Shown here in pieces: positions 1 to 9,722 of a stretch of DNA of 64,000 bases. Source of the DNA: an uncultured delta proteobacterium (GTDB lineage Bacteria; Desulfobacterota; Binatia; JACPRU01); the NCBI GenBank assembly GCA_963745025.1, contig CAVUWD010000011.1, positions 512,001 to 576,000 of the forward strand, read 5' to 3'. Position 1 is the stretch's first letter. The number at the start of each line of letters is the position of its first letter. The notes under the pieces were generated by a model. It ran no database searches. It saw nothing but the letters and a program-made list of their open reading frames with translations, and was not told where the DNA came from. The translations under genes were made by a program, and so were the position numbers.

Positions 1-978
1 ATCCTGCTCGCCGGCGTCTCGCTACTCCTCCGCGCGGCCGCGGTCGGCTTCGTCTCCATGTTCCTGGCGATGCTGCTCTTCGGCTTTGCGCTCGGCGTGG
101 TGTTTGCCGTCATGGGGAAGGTGATCGGATCGTGGTTTCCTCTGGAGGAGCTCGGCACGGCGAGCGGGATCAGCCAAGCAGGGATCGGCGCGGGATTCAC
201 GACCGCGATGCTGTCGACTCCGATCCTCCTCGCCCGGGTCGGTGACTGGCGCGGCGTGACGCGGCTCTTGGCATTCGTGACGTTCGGCGTGGGCGCGCTC
301 TGGCTCGTCGCCGTGCGCGATCGCAGGGCCTCGCCGGGCTCGCCCCACGCGGCCATCGAACGGCCGATCCGCCGAGTGCTCCGCGTGCGCGACGTCTGGA
401 CGCTCGCCGCGTGCAATCTTCTCTATCTCGCCGGCTATCTCGGCGCGCTCGGCTACGTGCCGACCTACTTCACGACGGTGCAGAAGCTCCGCCTCGAGAC
501 GGCTGGCTTCGTGACCTCGGTCGGGGGCATCGCGTTCATCGTCGGAAGCATCCTCCTGCCGGGCCTCTCGGACCGGATCGGACGGCGGCGCGTGGTGTAT
601 GCCGTGGCGATGCTCGCCAACGGCGCCGCCGTGCTCGGCTACGCATACCTCGTGGGCGTTCCGCTCGCGTTGGCGGCGATTGTCTGGGGTACCTCCGCCG
701 GAGCCATCGCTCTCCTGTTCGTCGTCCCGATCGAGATGAAAGACGTCGGGCCCGGACTCGCCGGATCGGCGATCGGCGTGCTGCAGACCGCGGGGTTCGC
801 GGGCGGCTTCGTCGGACCCGTGATCGGCATGCTCTTCGTCGCCATCGACCCCGTGCTGGGCTTCGTCTTTTGGATGGGCTGCTACGTGCTTTCGGCGCTG
901 CTCTTCCTGACGATCCGCGAGACGGGCTGGCGCGCTGCGATGAGCGAGCGGGCGAAGCGGGCGCGGGCGCTCGCGTGA
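1..978 (+). CDS. MFS transporter (5'-truncated by window edge)
   Basis: Frame open from base 1; many hydrophobic helices; MFS motif 'GLSDRIGRRRV'. Confidence 0.9.
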   Translation: MLLAGVSLLLRAAAVGFVSMFLAMLLFGFALGVVFAVMGKVIGSWFPLEELGTASGISQAGIGAGFTTAMLSTPILLARVGDWRGVTRLLAFVTFGVGALWLVAVRDRRASPGSPHAAIERPIRRVLRVRDVWTLAACNLLYLAGYLGALGYVPTYFTTVQKLRLETAGFVTSVGGIAFIVGSILLPGLSDRIGRRRVVYAVAMLANGAAVLGYAYLVGVPLALAAIVWGTSAGAIALLFVVPIEMKDVGPGLAGSAIGVLQTAGFAGGFVGPVIGMLFVAIDPVLGFVFWMGCYVLSALLFLTIRETGWRAAMSERAKRARALA

Positions 979-1016
979 CCGACGTCATTGCTCGGCCGCG
1001 AGCTCGCGGATCGCTT

Positions 1017-1067
1017 GCGATCAAGAAGGAGGAACATGACAGCGTTCGTGTGGAGGGCGATGCGCAT
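1017..1067 (-). pseudogene. Remnant N-terminus of a PIN-domain toxin
   Basis: MRIALHTNAVMFLLLD resembles PIN start 'MRVVLDTNV' with Asp->His; begins right after the antitoxin stop; no PIN similarity further on. Confidence 0.5.
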
Positions 1068-1303
1068 TCAGCGCCGCCCGCGTCGTGCCCAATCGCCCCG
1101 GCAACGGTCTGTTCGGTAAGCCCGAGGAGCTTGATCTTGGCGCGCACGGCCTTGAGCCGCTCGCCCAGGACACTCACCGCGACCGGCTTCAAGATCACCT
1201 CGCCTTCCCGGACCGAGACGTCGAAGTAGTCGACCTGCGGAAGCTGTCGCGTGATCGCCTTTGGAAGCGTGATCTGGTTCTTGGAGGTTTTTTTGGCCAA
1301 CAT
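1068..1303 (-). pseudogene. AbrB/MazE/SpoVT-family antitoxin, frameshifted near C-terminus
   Basis: MLAKKTSKNQITLPK..YFDVSVREGEVILKP; expected tail 'WARRGRR*' lies in another frame from ~1092. Confidence 0.75.
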
Positions 1304-1393
1304 GGGAGTTCGCCTTGTTCCGAAGATGCAAGGATTTCTTACATGGGGAAAGGGCCGAGCAACGCGGATTGACGTACTACATCACCTGCTAGT

Positions 1394-1414
1394 ACTACTT
1401 TCCCTGAAGGTAGT
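1394..1414. promoter_or_regulatory. Imperfect palindrome, likely TA autorepression operator
   Basis: ACTACTTT-N5-AAGGTAGT just upstream of the antitoxin ATG; TTGACG at 1369-1374. Confidence 0.5.
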
Positions 1415-1417
1415 GCC

Positions 1418-1648
1418 ATGGCTCAGTCGAAGATCACCCGCAAAGGTCAGGTGACGATCCCCGCCGAAGTTCGCAGACGGCACGGGCTGCGGCGCGGGGG
1501 GCGAGTCGACTTCGTCGAGGAGAAGGACCGGATCGTCCTGAGGCCCGTGTTGAGTGACGTGGAGGCGGCCTTCGGCCTCGTAAGGCCGAGGAAGAGCGTC
1601 AGTCTCGAGAAGATGGACGAGGCGATCCGCAAGCGCGCCGGGCGGTGA
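1418..1648 (+). CDS. AbrB/MazE-family antitoxin (VapB-type)
   Basis: 'SKITRKGQVTIPAEVRRRHGL..GGRVDF' AbrB signature; 4-bp overlap with toxin. Confidence 0.9.
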   Translation: MAQSKITRKGQVTIPAEVRRRHGLRRGGRVDFVEEKDRIVLRPVLSDVEAAFGLVRPRKSVSLEKMDEAIRKRAGR

Positions 1649-2043
1649 TCGCCGTCGACACCAACGTCCTGGTCCGGGTGCTCGTCGACGACCCTGGGCA
1701 GAAAGCGCAGGTTGCAGCGGCGCGATCCCAGGTGAAGCGGGCGGGCCAGGTCTGGGTGGCGCAGATCGTTCAGGCGGAGACCGTGTGGGTGCTGGAAAGC
1801 GCGTACGGCCTCGACCGGGCGACGATCCTGAGAGTACTGGAACACCTGCGGAGCAATCAGGCCTACGTCCTCCAGAACGAGGAAGCATTCGCGAGCGCGC
1901 TCGGCGAGTTCAGAGAGGGAAGAGCGGACTTCGCCGATTACCTCATCCTCGCCGAATGCCACACCGCCGGACACCCGCTCGTGACCTTCGACAAGCGACT
2001 GCGGGAGGCGCCGGGCACCCGCCCGGTTACTGCTGAGCGGTAG
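1645..2043 (+). CDS. vapC: VapC PIN-domain ribonuclease toxin
   Basis: 'AVDTNVLVR', 'ETVWVL', 'DFADYLI', 'TFDKRL' PIN acidic motifs. Confidence 0.92.
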   Translation: MIAVDTNVLVRVLVDDPGQKAQVAAARSQVKRAGQVWVAQIVQAETVWVLESAYGLDRATILRVLEHLRSNQAYVLQNEEAFASALGEFREGRADFADYLILAECHTAGHPLVTFDKRLREAPGTRPVTAER

Positions 2044-2235
2044 CAGGCAGGGTGCCGTCTTCACGCCGCTCCGGTTCACCGGCCGCAGGGCGGAGCAAAC
2101 CGCCGATGGAGCCCCGGAAACGACACCACCCACACCGACAACCGCCTCGATCCCGCGACCGACATCGAGACCCTCCTCTGCGCACGTGTCGCGAGGTTGC
2201 GTCAGCCGAGGCGGTCCGGCTTCACGGCGCTACCC

Positions 2236-2680
2236 TCATCGTGTGATCCCGCGCTCGACCTTCACTTCGGGAGTCGCGACCGCAACCGTTCCGTATAGCG
2301 GTCAACGGCGCTTGAAGGTCGCGATCAGCTCTTCGGCCTCCGCTTCGTCGACGCCGTCGAGCGTGAACGCCAAGTGAACCGCTTTGAAGAGGGCTCACGC
2401 CGCTCCACACGGGGCGACTTCGATCGAGCACACTGCGAATCGAGCCCCGCACGCGCCGAGCGGAACGTTCCGATCGCGCGCGATCACCTGCATAAGCTCG
2501 CCCCCACAGGCCGCCACGCCGGAGAGGAAGATTCCTCGGGGCGCGATGGCTTCGCCGGGGCAACCGTCCTGCACCGGCCCTCGACGACGAAGTGCTGGTC
2601 GCGGGCGTTGCAGGGCACGCGACCGAAGACGGCGATCGCGCCGCGACCTGGTGCTTACGAACGTCGACTGCGATTATCAC
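2236..2680 (-). pseudogene. OsmC/Ohr-like protein with ~4 frameshifts and an in-frame UGA (putative Sec)
   Basis: Stitched translation ..VFGRVPCNARDQHFVVEG/VQDGCPGEAI..FLSGVAACGGELMQV../..ELIATFKRR-UGA-PLYGTVAVATPEVKVE; UGA at 2304-2302. Confidence 0.7.
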
Positions 2681-2912
2681 TCTCGCTCTCTGCCCCTTTG
2701 GTGCCGGATTCGGAGCGGAGCCTCAACTGCGGTCAGAGGACGGCGGCGTCCTTCGCGCAGCCTGATGCACAGCCCGCAGACGACGTCGCCTCGAAGGTAT
2801 CGCCGACGTCTTATTTGACTCCATGACGATTCCTCCGTTCGTTCCAAAAGGTCAATTCCTGGAGAACGATTACGGATTGTCGATCGCGGATTGGAAGAGT
2901 TTATAAGGGACG

Positions 2913-2939
2913 AGGGGGCTCTTGGTGAAAGAGCCCCCT
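2913..2939. terminator. Perfect 11-bp stem hairpin
   Basis: AGGGGGCTCTT-GGTGA-AAGAGCCCCCT downstream of the large minus-strand gene. Confidence 0.55.
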
Positions 2940-2965
2940 TATTCACCCCATTCCCGGGGCAATGC

Positions 2966-3003
2966 TGAGGGCGGGGATCCTCCTACTGTAATCCCCGCCC
3001 TCA
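2966..3003. terminator. Perfect 13-bp stem hairpin
   Basis: TGAGGGCGGGGAT-N12-ATCCCCGCCCTCA, 30 bp after the stop at 3034. Confidence 0.6.
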
Positions 3004-3033
3004 ACTACCGCTATGGGCTCTTTCCTTTCTCTC

Positions 3034-6000
3034 TTACTTCGTGAAATTGAAGTACGCTACGTGATCGGTGTTGTCTGTAAACTTCACGGTCAGCTTACGA
3101 CAGGTGCCCCCCCACGTCTTATCTGTCTTCCAGACGTAGATGTAACGGTTGGTGGTGGGATCGTAATTAAGGCTGCTGCCGCCCGCGGTGACAGTCTCCT
3201 CGATGTCATCAATGGTGCTGGAATCAGCGCAGCTAACTTTCTCCGACTTCGGATAGCCTGCCCAGAAGATGTTCAGGCCGAGATTGCAATTCAGGCTGAA
3301 CTTCGTGGGTATGGCACTTCCGGCCTTCACCTTGTTGAACACATGGGTTGGCCCTAGTCCGGGATTGTCAACCGGCGGGAAGAAGCCGGTGAAGTCATAC
3401 GTATACACACTGCAACTACCACCACTGCATGTATCACCCATGGTGCAGGCGTTGCCGTCGTCGCAGGAGGCGGTGTTGTTGGTGTGCACGCATGCACCGC
3501 TGTTGTTGCAGAGATCATCCGTGCACGCGTTCCCGTCGCTCGTGCAGCCGAAGCCCGCCGCCTCGTAGTTCGACCGGCACGCGCCTGAGCCGTTACAGGT
3601 GTCAGGGTTGTCGCAGTCGGTGTCGGCCGGATCACCGCAAGTCGTGCCGACCACCTTGAATCCGTCCGCCGGGCAGGCGCCCGACGAACCCGTGCAGCTC
3701 TCCGCGACGTCGCACTCGTTCACCGCCGCGCGGCAGGTCGTCTCCGCGCCCTTGAACACGTCCACGCACGCGGCCGCGCCCCCGCTGCAGTGATCCGCCC
3801 CGTCGCACACGCCACCATTCGAGGTGCCCGTGCAGGCCGTCGTCGCTGTCTGGAAGCCGTCCGGCGCCGTGCACGCACCGCTGTCTCCCGCGCAGACCTC
3901 CGCGACGTCGCACTCGTTCACCGCCGCGCGGCAGGTCGTCTCCGCGCCCTTGAACACGTCCACGCACGTGGCCGCGCCCCCGCTGCAGTGATCCGCCCCG
4001 TCGCACACGCCACCATTCGAGGTGCCCGTGCAGGCCGTCGTCGCTGTCTGGAAGCCGTCCGGCGCCGTGCACGCACCGCTGTCTCCCGCGCAGACCTCCG
4101 CGACGTCGCACTCGTTCACCGCCGCGCGGCAGGTCGTCTCCGCGCCCTTGAACACGTCCACGCACGTGGCCGCGCCCCCGCTGCAGTGATCCGCCCCGTC
4201 GCACACGCCACCATTCGAGGTGCCCGTGCAGGCCGTCGTCGCTGTCTGGAAGCCGTCCGGCGCCGTGCACGCACCGCTGTCCCCCGCGCAGACCTCCGCG
4301 ACGTCGCACTCGTTCACCGCCGCGCGGCAGGTCGTCTCCGCGCCCTTGAACACGTCCACGCACGCGGCCGCGCCCCCGCTGCAGTGATCCGCCCCGTCGC
4401 ACACGCCACCATTCGAGGTGCCCGTGCAGGCCGTCGTCGCTGTCTGGAAGCCGTCCGGCGCCGTGCACGCACCGCTGTCCCCCGCGCAGACTCTCCGCGA
4501 CGTCGCACTCGTTCACCGCCGCGCGGCAGGTCGTCTCCGCGCCCTTGAACACGTCCACGCACGTGGCCGCGCCCCCGCTGCAGTGATCCGCCCCGTCGCA
4601 CACGCCACCATTCGAGGTGCCCGTGCAGGCCGTCGTCGCTGTCTGGAAGCCGTCCGGCGCCGTGCACGCACCGCTGTCCCCCGCGCAGACCTCCGCGACG
4701 TCGCACTCGTTCACCGCCGCGCGGCAGGTCGTCTCCGCGCCCTTGAACACGTCCACGCACGCGGCCGCGCCCCCGCTGCAGTGATCCGCCCCGTCGCACA
4801 CGCCACCATTCGAGGTGCCCGTGCAGGCCGTCGTCGCTGTCTGGAAGCCGTCCGGCGCCGTGCACGCACCGCTGTCCCCCGCGCAGACCTCCGCGACGTC
4901 GCACTCGTTCACCGCCGCGCGGCAGGTCGTCTCCGCGCCCTTGAACACGTCCACGCACGTGGCCGCGCCCCCGCTGCAGTGATCCGCCCCGTCGCACACG
5001 CCACCATTCGAGGTGCCCGTGCAGGCCGTCGTCGCTGTCTGGAAGCCGTCCGGCGCCGTGCACGCACCGCTGTCCCCCGCGCAGACCTCCGCGACGTCGC
5101 ACTCGTTCACCGCCGCGCGGCAGGTCGTCTCCGCGCCCTTGAACACGTCCACGCACGCGGCCGCGCCCCCGCTGCAGTGATCCGCCCCGTCGCACACGCC
5201 ACCATTCGAGGTGCCCGTGCAGGCCGTCGTCGCTGTCTGGAAGCCGTCCGGCGGGCAGGCGTTAGTCGAGCCGTCGCAGGTCTCCGCGACGTCGCAGACG
5301 CCGGCTGAAGCGCGGCACAGGAACCCGGCCGGTTGCTTGGCATCGGCGGGACAGTCGGGGCTGGTGCCGGTGCACTTGTCCACCAGGTCGCACACGTCGA
5401 CGGGAGGCCGGCAAGCGGAATTGGCTTGCTTGAACTCGTCCACCGGGCACGCGCCCGAGGTCCCCGTGCAAGTCTCCGGCTTGTCGCAGTCGCCCGCCGC
5501 CTGGCGGCAGACTGCGCTAGGGGACTTGAAGGCGTCTTCACAGGAGTCGCTCGTCCCCGAGCAGTGATCGGCCGCGTCGTTGTCGCACACGCCACCCTGC
5601 GATGCGCCGCCCGTGCAGATCGTCGCCGCCGACTTGAAGCCGTTGTCGTGGCACACCCCGGCAAGGCACGTGTCCTGGTTCGTGCACTCCGTGCCCGCAT
5701 CGCCGCAGTTGGTGCCGTCTGCCTTGTGGTTGGACTGGCAGGTGCCGCTGCCGTCGCAGGTGTCGGCAGCGTCGCACTCACTCGTCGAGGCGCTGCCGCA
5801 CGCCGTGCCAATGGCAGCGTTTGGATTGGAGCACGTGCCGGTAGCGGGGTTACAGGTTCCCGCCACGTGGCACTGGTCGGAGGCCGTGCAGACGACGGGG
5901 CTGCCGCTCGTGCAGGTGCCCGCCTGACAGGTGTCACTCTGCGTGCAGCCGTTGCCGTCGCTGCAAGCTGTGCCATTGGCAGCGTTTGGGTTGGAGCATG

Positions 6001-7759
6001 TGCCGGTAGCGGGGTTACAGGTCCCCGCCACGTGGCACTGGTCGGAGGCCGTGCAAACCACAGGATTGGAGCCCGTGCACGTGCCGTTCTGGCAGGTGTC
6101 GGTCTGCGTACAGCCGTTGCCGTCGCTGCACGTCGTGCCGTTGGGGGCCTTCGGGTCGGAGCATGTGCCATTAGCGGGGTTACAGGTCCCCGCCACGTGG
6201 CACTGGTCGGAGGCCGTGCAAACCACAGGATTGGAGCCCGTGCACGTGCCGTTCTGGCAGGTGTCGGTCTGCGTACAGGCGTTGCCGTCGGAGCAGGTTG
6301 TGCCGTTGGTAACAGGCCCGTTCACACACGAGCCACTCACGCACGTGTCGACCGTGCAGTCGTTGTGGTCGTTGCACTGGTTGTTATTGTTGCACGCATC
6401 CGTAAACGACGTCTGAGCCGTCCGGCCCGACGTCTCGCCCTTCGCCGTCACGGTGTACGTCACGCCGGCGTCGTACGACTCCGGGGCGTAGTCGGTATTG
6501 ATGAGCGCACCGCTCGGATCGGCGACCGAATAGAACACGTCGTCAGAATGGAATGTCGGCTCTTCGTGGAGGATGATCTTCACGGTCTCGCCGGACTCCC
6601 ACCCCGCGCCGGTAAGCGTCACCACTGATCCCGGGGCGTAGTCGGTCTTCTCCGTGCTGATGCTCGCCGTGGAGCTATTCAGCACGATCGCCGACTTCAG
6701 CACCTGGGCGGAGCTGTTCACGCCGCCGGCGACCAGCGCCTGACTGCCGTTCGCCGTCTCGGTGATCGAGCGCTCGCCGCGATCGGCGAGCTCATACAGG
6801 TCGGAGTCGAGCTGACCGGTGAGCTCGGTGTCGTCGGGGTTCAGCGGATGGATGACCGCGCCGCGCGTGAGCGCACGGAGTACGTCGGTGAGCGTCGTCG
6901 ATCGGTTCAACACCCGCGCGCGCGGCCCGAAGCCGGCGGCCGGATCGAAGACCTCGAGGGTGCTGTCCTTGTCGCCGCCGATCACCTGGACCTTGCCGTC
7001 CGGAAGAACCCGTATGCCGGCGCGCGAGCGCGCGGACTGCATGGATCCCGCCGACGAGAACGTCATCGTGGCGGGATCGAAGATCTCGGCCGACGCGAGC
7101 GGCGCGCCGCCCGACGCGAGGCCGCCGACGAGCAGAACCTTTCCGTCCTGGAGCAGAGCGGCCGCGTGAAACGCGCGCGCAGTCCCCAGAGGGACGGGAA
7201 CGAGGGTGAAGGTGTGGAGCGTCGGATCGAAGAGTTCGGCGCTTCCCCCTGATTCGCCGCCGGCAATCAAGATCCGGCCGTCCGGCAGCGTGGTCGCCGT
7301 GTGTCCTGCGCGCGCCTGACCCAGCGCGGGGCCCGAGGAGAATTGAGCGCTCGCCGGGTCGAAGATCTCCGTCGAATCGAGAGGTCCGCCGCTCTCACCG
7401 CGGCCGCCGGCGATGAGAACCGAACCATCGGCAAGCGGCGAGGCAGTATGCTCCGTGCGCGCGGCGATTAGAAATGCGCCGTCGGCGACGCTGCCGGCAG
7501 CGGGATCGAAGATCTCCGATGCGCTCACCGGACCGTTCGCGTTCTCTCCGCCGACGATCAGGATCTTCCCATCCGGCAACTGTGTAGCGGTGTGTCCGCG
7601 ACGCTCGACCTTGAGCTCGGTCTTGCTGACGATCTGCGCGAACGAGGTGGAGAGAAATGCCAGCGCCGCCGCCACGACGAGCGCGCTGCTTGCGGCGAGT
7701 CGATTGCGTGCGATCCAAGAGCGGGCCTTTCGACTAGAGAGGAGTGCAATGGACAGCAT
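3034..7759 (-). CDS. Large secreted protein (~1575 aa): signal peptide, kelch repeats, Ig-like domain, Cys-rich and disintegrin-like repeats, C-terminal PxKF domain; one frameshift at 4492
   Basis: RBS AAGGGGA before ATG 7759; kelch '[17 protein letters not shown]' repeats; '[14 protein letters not shown]' repeats; C-terminal '[31 protein letters not shown]'. Confidence 0.85.
3699..5252 (-). repeat. Near-identical 198-bp (66-aa) tandem repeat, ~8 copies
   Basis: Marker TGATCCGCCC at 3791, 3989, 4187, 4385, 4584, 4782, 4980, 5178. Confidence 0.95.
5810..6305 (-). repeat. 165-bp (55-aa) Cys-rich tandem repeat, 3 copies
   Basis: CACTGGTCGG at 5871, 6036, 6201; unit '[40 protein letters not shown]'. 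Confidence 0.9.
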
Positions 7760-7947
7760 TGAAGAGTTCCCCTTTCTGCGAGCTGCCCCGCGCCAGCCGA
7801 TCGCGGCGGATGCCTGCGAGAAGACCCTCAAAATGTGCGTGCGACGTGGGCTCAACGAGATCGGCAAGACATCGGAGGAACCCCACAAGCCTCCAATGTT
7901 TCCCGCATTCTCGCCTCCCGTGCGTCACGGTCATCGGCGATCAAACG

Positions 7948-7963
7948 AGCAATCCGCGTACCG
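7948..7963 (-). promoter_or_regulatory. Putative sigma54 -24/-12 promoter
   Basis: Minus strand CGGTACGCGGATTGCT = GG-N10-GC with TTGC, ~190 bp upstream of the large secreted-protein gene. Confidence 0.55.
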
Positions 7964-8151
7964 TCACCTTGCTGACGGCAAATTCGCAAAGATTACGCGC
8001 TTTCCGACTTCGGACTGCGGAAGCAAAATCTGGCTGTAGCCGCGATTTGTCGCGAGGAAGCGCCGATTCGCGCCACTTCTCGCGTCAGAAGAGGCTGAGT
8101 AGCGGAGCGGTAGCGTCGTTCGCGATGCGGAGTTTCCCTACAGCATCGCTG

Positions 8152-9417
8152 CTATCCTCTTTTCTCGCGGAAGAAGCCGAAGAGGTACTGCGCGACGCGG
8201 CGCATCTGGATCTCCTCCGCTCCCTCGGTGATCCGATAGCGGCGGTGGTGTCGGTAAATATGCTCGAACGGCTTGTGCCGCGAATAGCCGAGTCCCCCGT
8301 GCACCTGCATGGCGCGATCGGCCGCGTCGCATACCAGGCGGTTTGCGCGGTAGTTGCACATCGCGACCTTGTCCGAGATCTTCCGCGCCACTTCGGGCTT
8401 GGTCATCCGATCCATCTCCCAGGCGGTCTTGTGGATCAGCGTGCGCACCATCGCCGCTTCGGTGTGTAGCTCGACGAGCGGCCACTGGATCGCCTGATTC
8501 GCGGCGAGAGGTCTGCCGAAGGGCTTGCGCGCCTTGGCGTACTTCACGGCTTCGTTGATGCAGTACTGCGCGGCGCCGAGCGACGAGGCGGCTTGCCGGA
8601 TGCGGTTCTCGTGCACGAAGTGCTGTGCGACGGCGAGACCGTCTTCCGGATCCCCGAGTATGGCATCGGCCGGAACGACGACATCGGTGAGCGACACGCG
8701 CGGATGGTCGGTCGGCATGTTGAACGTCCAGAGATACTCCTCGACTTTGAATCCCTCGCTCTTCGTCGGGACGATGAAGCAGGTGATGCCCTTGGCGTCG
8801 CCGGGCTTGCCGCCGGTGCGGGCGAAGACGAAGTCGTGGGTCGCCACGTGCAGGCCGGTGTTCCACATCTTCGCGCCGGTGATCCGCCACACGTCGCCGT
8901 CGCGCTCGGCATGCGTGTCCATCCACGTCGCGTCCGATCCGTGCTCGGGCTCGGTGAGGCCAAAGGCGACAGTCACGGACCCGTCCAGGATCTTCGGGAT
9001 GAACTGGTCCTTCTGCTCCTTCGTGCCGAAGTCGCGGAACATCAACACGGTCGGAAGATTGCCGACGATCGAGCTCTCGTTCTGGAGGTCGTTATGGAGT
9101 CCGAGGCCCTTGGCCGCGAGATGCTCGCGGATGACCGCCATCGCCAGGTTCGATCCGTCCTTGCCGCCGTATTCCCTGGGGAGCGCGTAGCGGAAATAAC
9201 CGGCCCGGTCGGCCCGCCGCCGCATCTCGTGGAGGAGATCCTCCCATTCCTTCCGCGGCAGCCCCCCTCGCTCGAAATCGGTGCGCGCCCATTCGCGGCG
9301 ATGGTCGAAGAAACGGATGTTGTCGTTCTCGCGCTCGAGCGGCTTGATCTCCTTCTCGATGAAAACATCGAGCTCGGCGAGATACGCTTGGATGTCGGCC
9401 GGGATGTCGAAGTCCAT
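8152..9417 (-). CDS. Acyl-CoA dehydrogenase
   Basis: 'FGLTEPEHGSD', 'ITGAKMW', 'QVHGGLGY', 'ITEGAEEIQ'. Confidence 0.95.
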   Translation of the reverse strand: MDFDIPADIQAYLAELDVFIEKEIKPLERENDNIRFFDHRREWARTDFERGGLPRKEWEDLLHEMRRRADRAGYFRYALPREYGGKDGSNLAMAVIREHLAAKGLGLHNDLQNESSIVGNLPTVLMFRDFGTKEQKDQFIPKILDGSVTVAFGLTEPEHGSDATWMDTHAERDGDVWRITGAKMWNTGLHVATHDFVFARTGGKPGDAKGITCFIVPTKSEGFKVEEYLWTFNMPTDHPRVSLTDVVVPADAILGDPEDGLAVAQHFVHENRIRQAASSLGAAQYCINEAVKYAKARKPFGRPLAANQAIQWPLVELHTEAAMVRTLIHKTAWEMDRMTKPEVARKISDKVAMCNYRANRLVCDAADRAMQVHGGLGYSRHKPFEHIYRHHRRYRITEGAEEIQMRRVAQYLFGFFREKRG

Positions 9418-9560
9418 GAGTGTTTCCTCCGGAAGGATGCTCTAGTTCAGCCGATCCGCTTTTGACAATCGGTTTCGTGCGGTGAAGCAGGCCGGCGACG
9501 AGGTTGCGACCCTCCGGAAGCCGACACGCGACGGATCGTGCTCGAAAAACGGACGACGCT

Positions 9561-9665
9561 GTTCGAGGTTCGTGGGACAGTCGGCCGACGGTGCTGAGTG
9601 CGTCGTGCCACAACTGGGGGTACGTGGGGTACCGCGAAGGCGACTTCGGCTTCCGCTGCGCTGCG
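9561..9665 (+). pseudogene. Isolated C-terminal fragment of an FGE-sulfatase (SUMF1) domain
   Basis: 'VRGSWDSRPTVLSASCHNWGYVGYREGDFGFRCAA' matches the RGGSW...GFRC ending. Confidence 0.6.
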
Positions 9666-9722
9666 AATCTTCCGCGCGAACAAGCGGCCTTCGATGCCGC
9701 CACGGCGGAGATGCGTATCGCT

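Noticed and set aside
3699-5252. 198-bp array as CRISPR or non-coding satellite
   Set aside because: No unique spacers; the unit is a multiple of 3 and encodes in-frame Cys-rich protein repeats.
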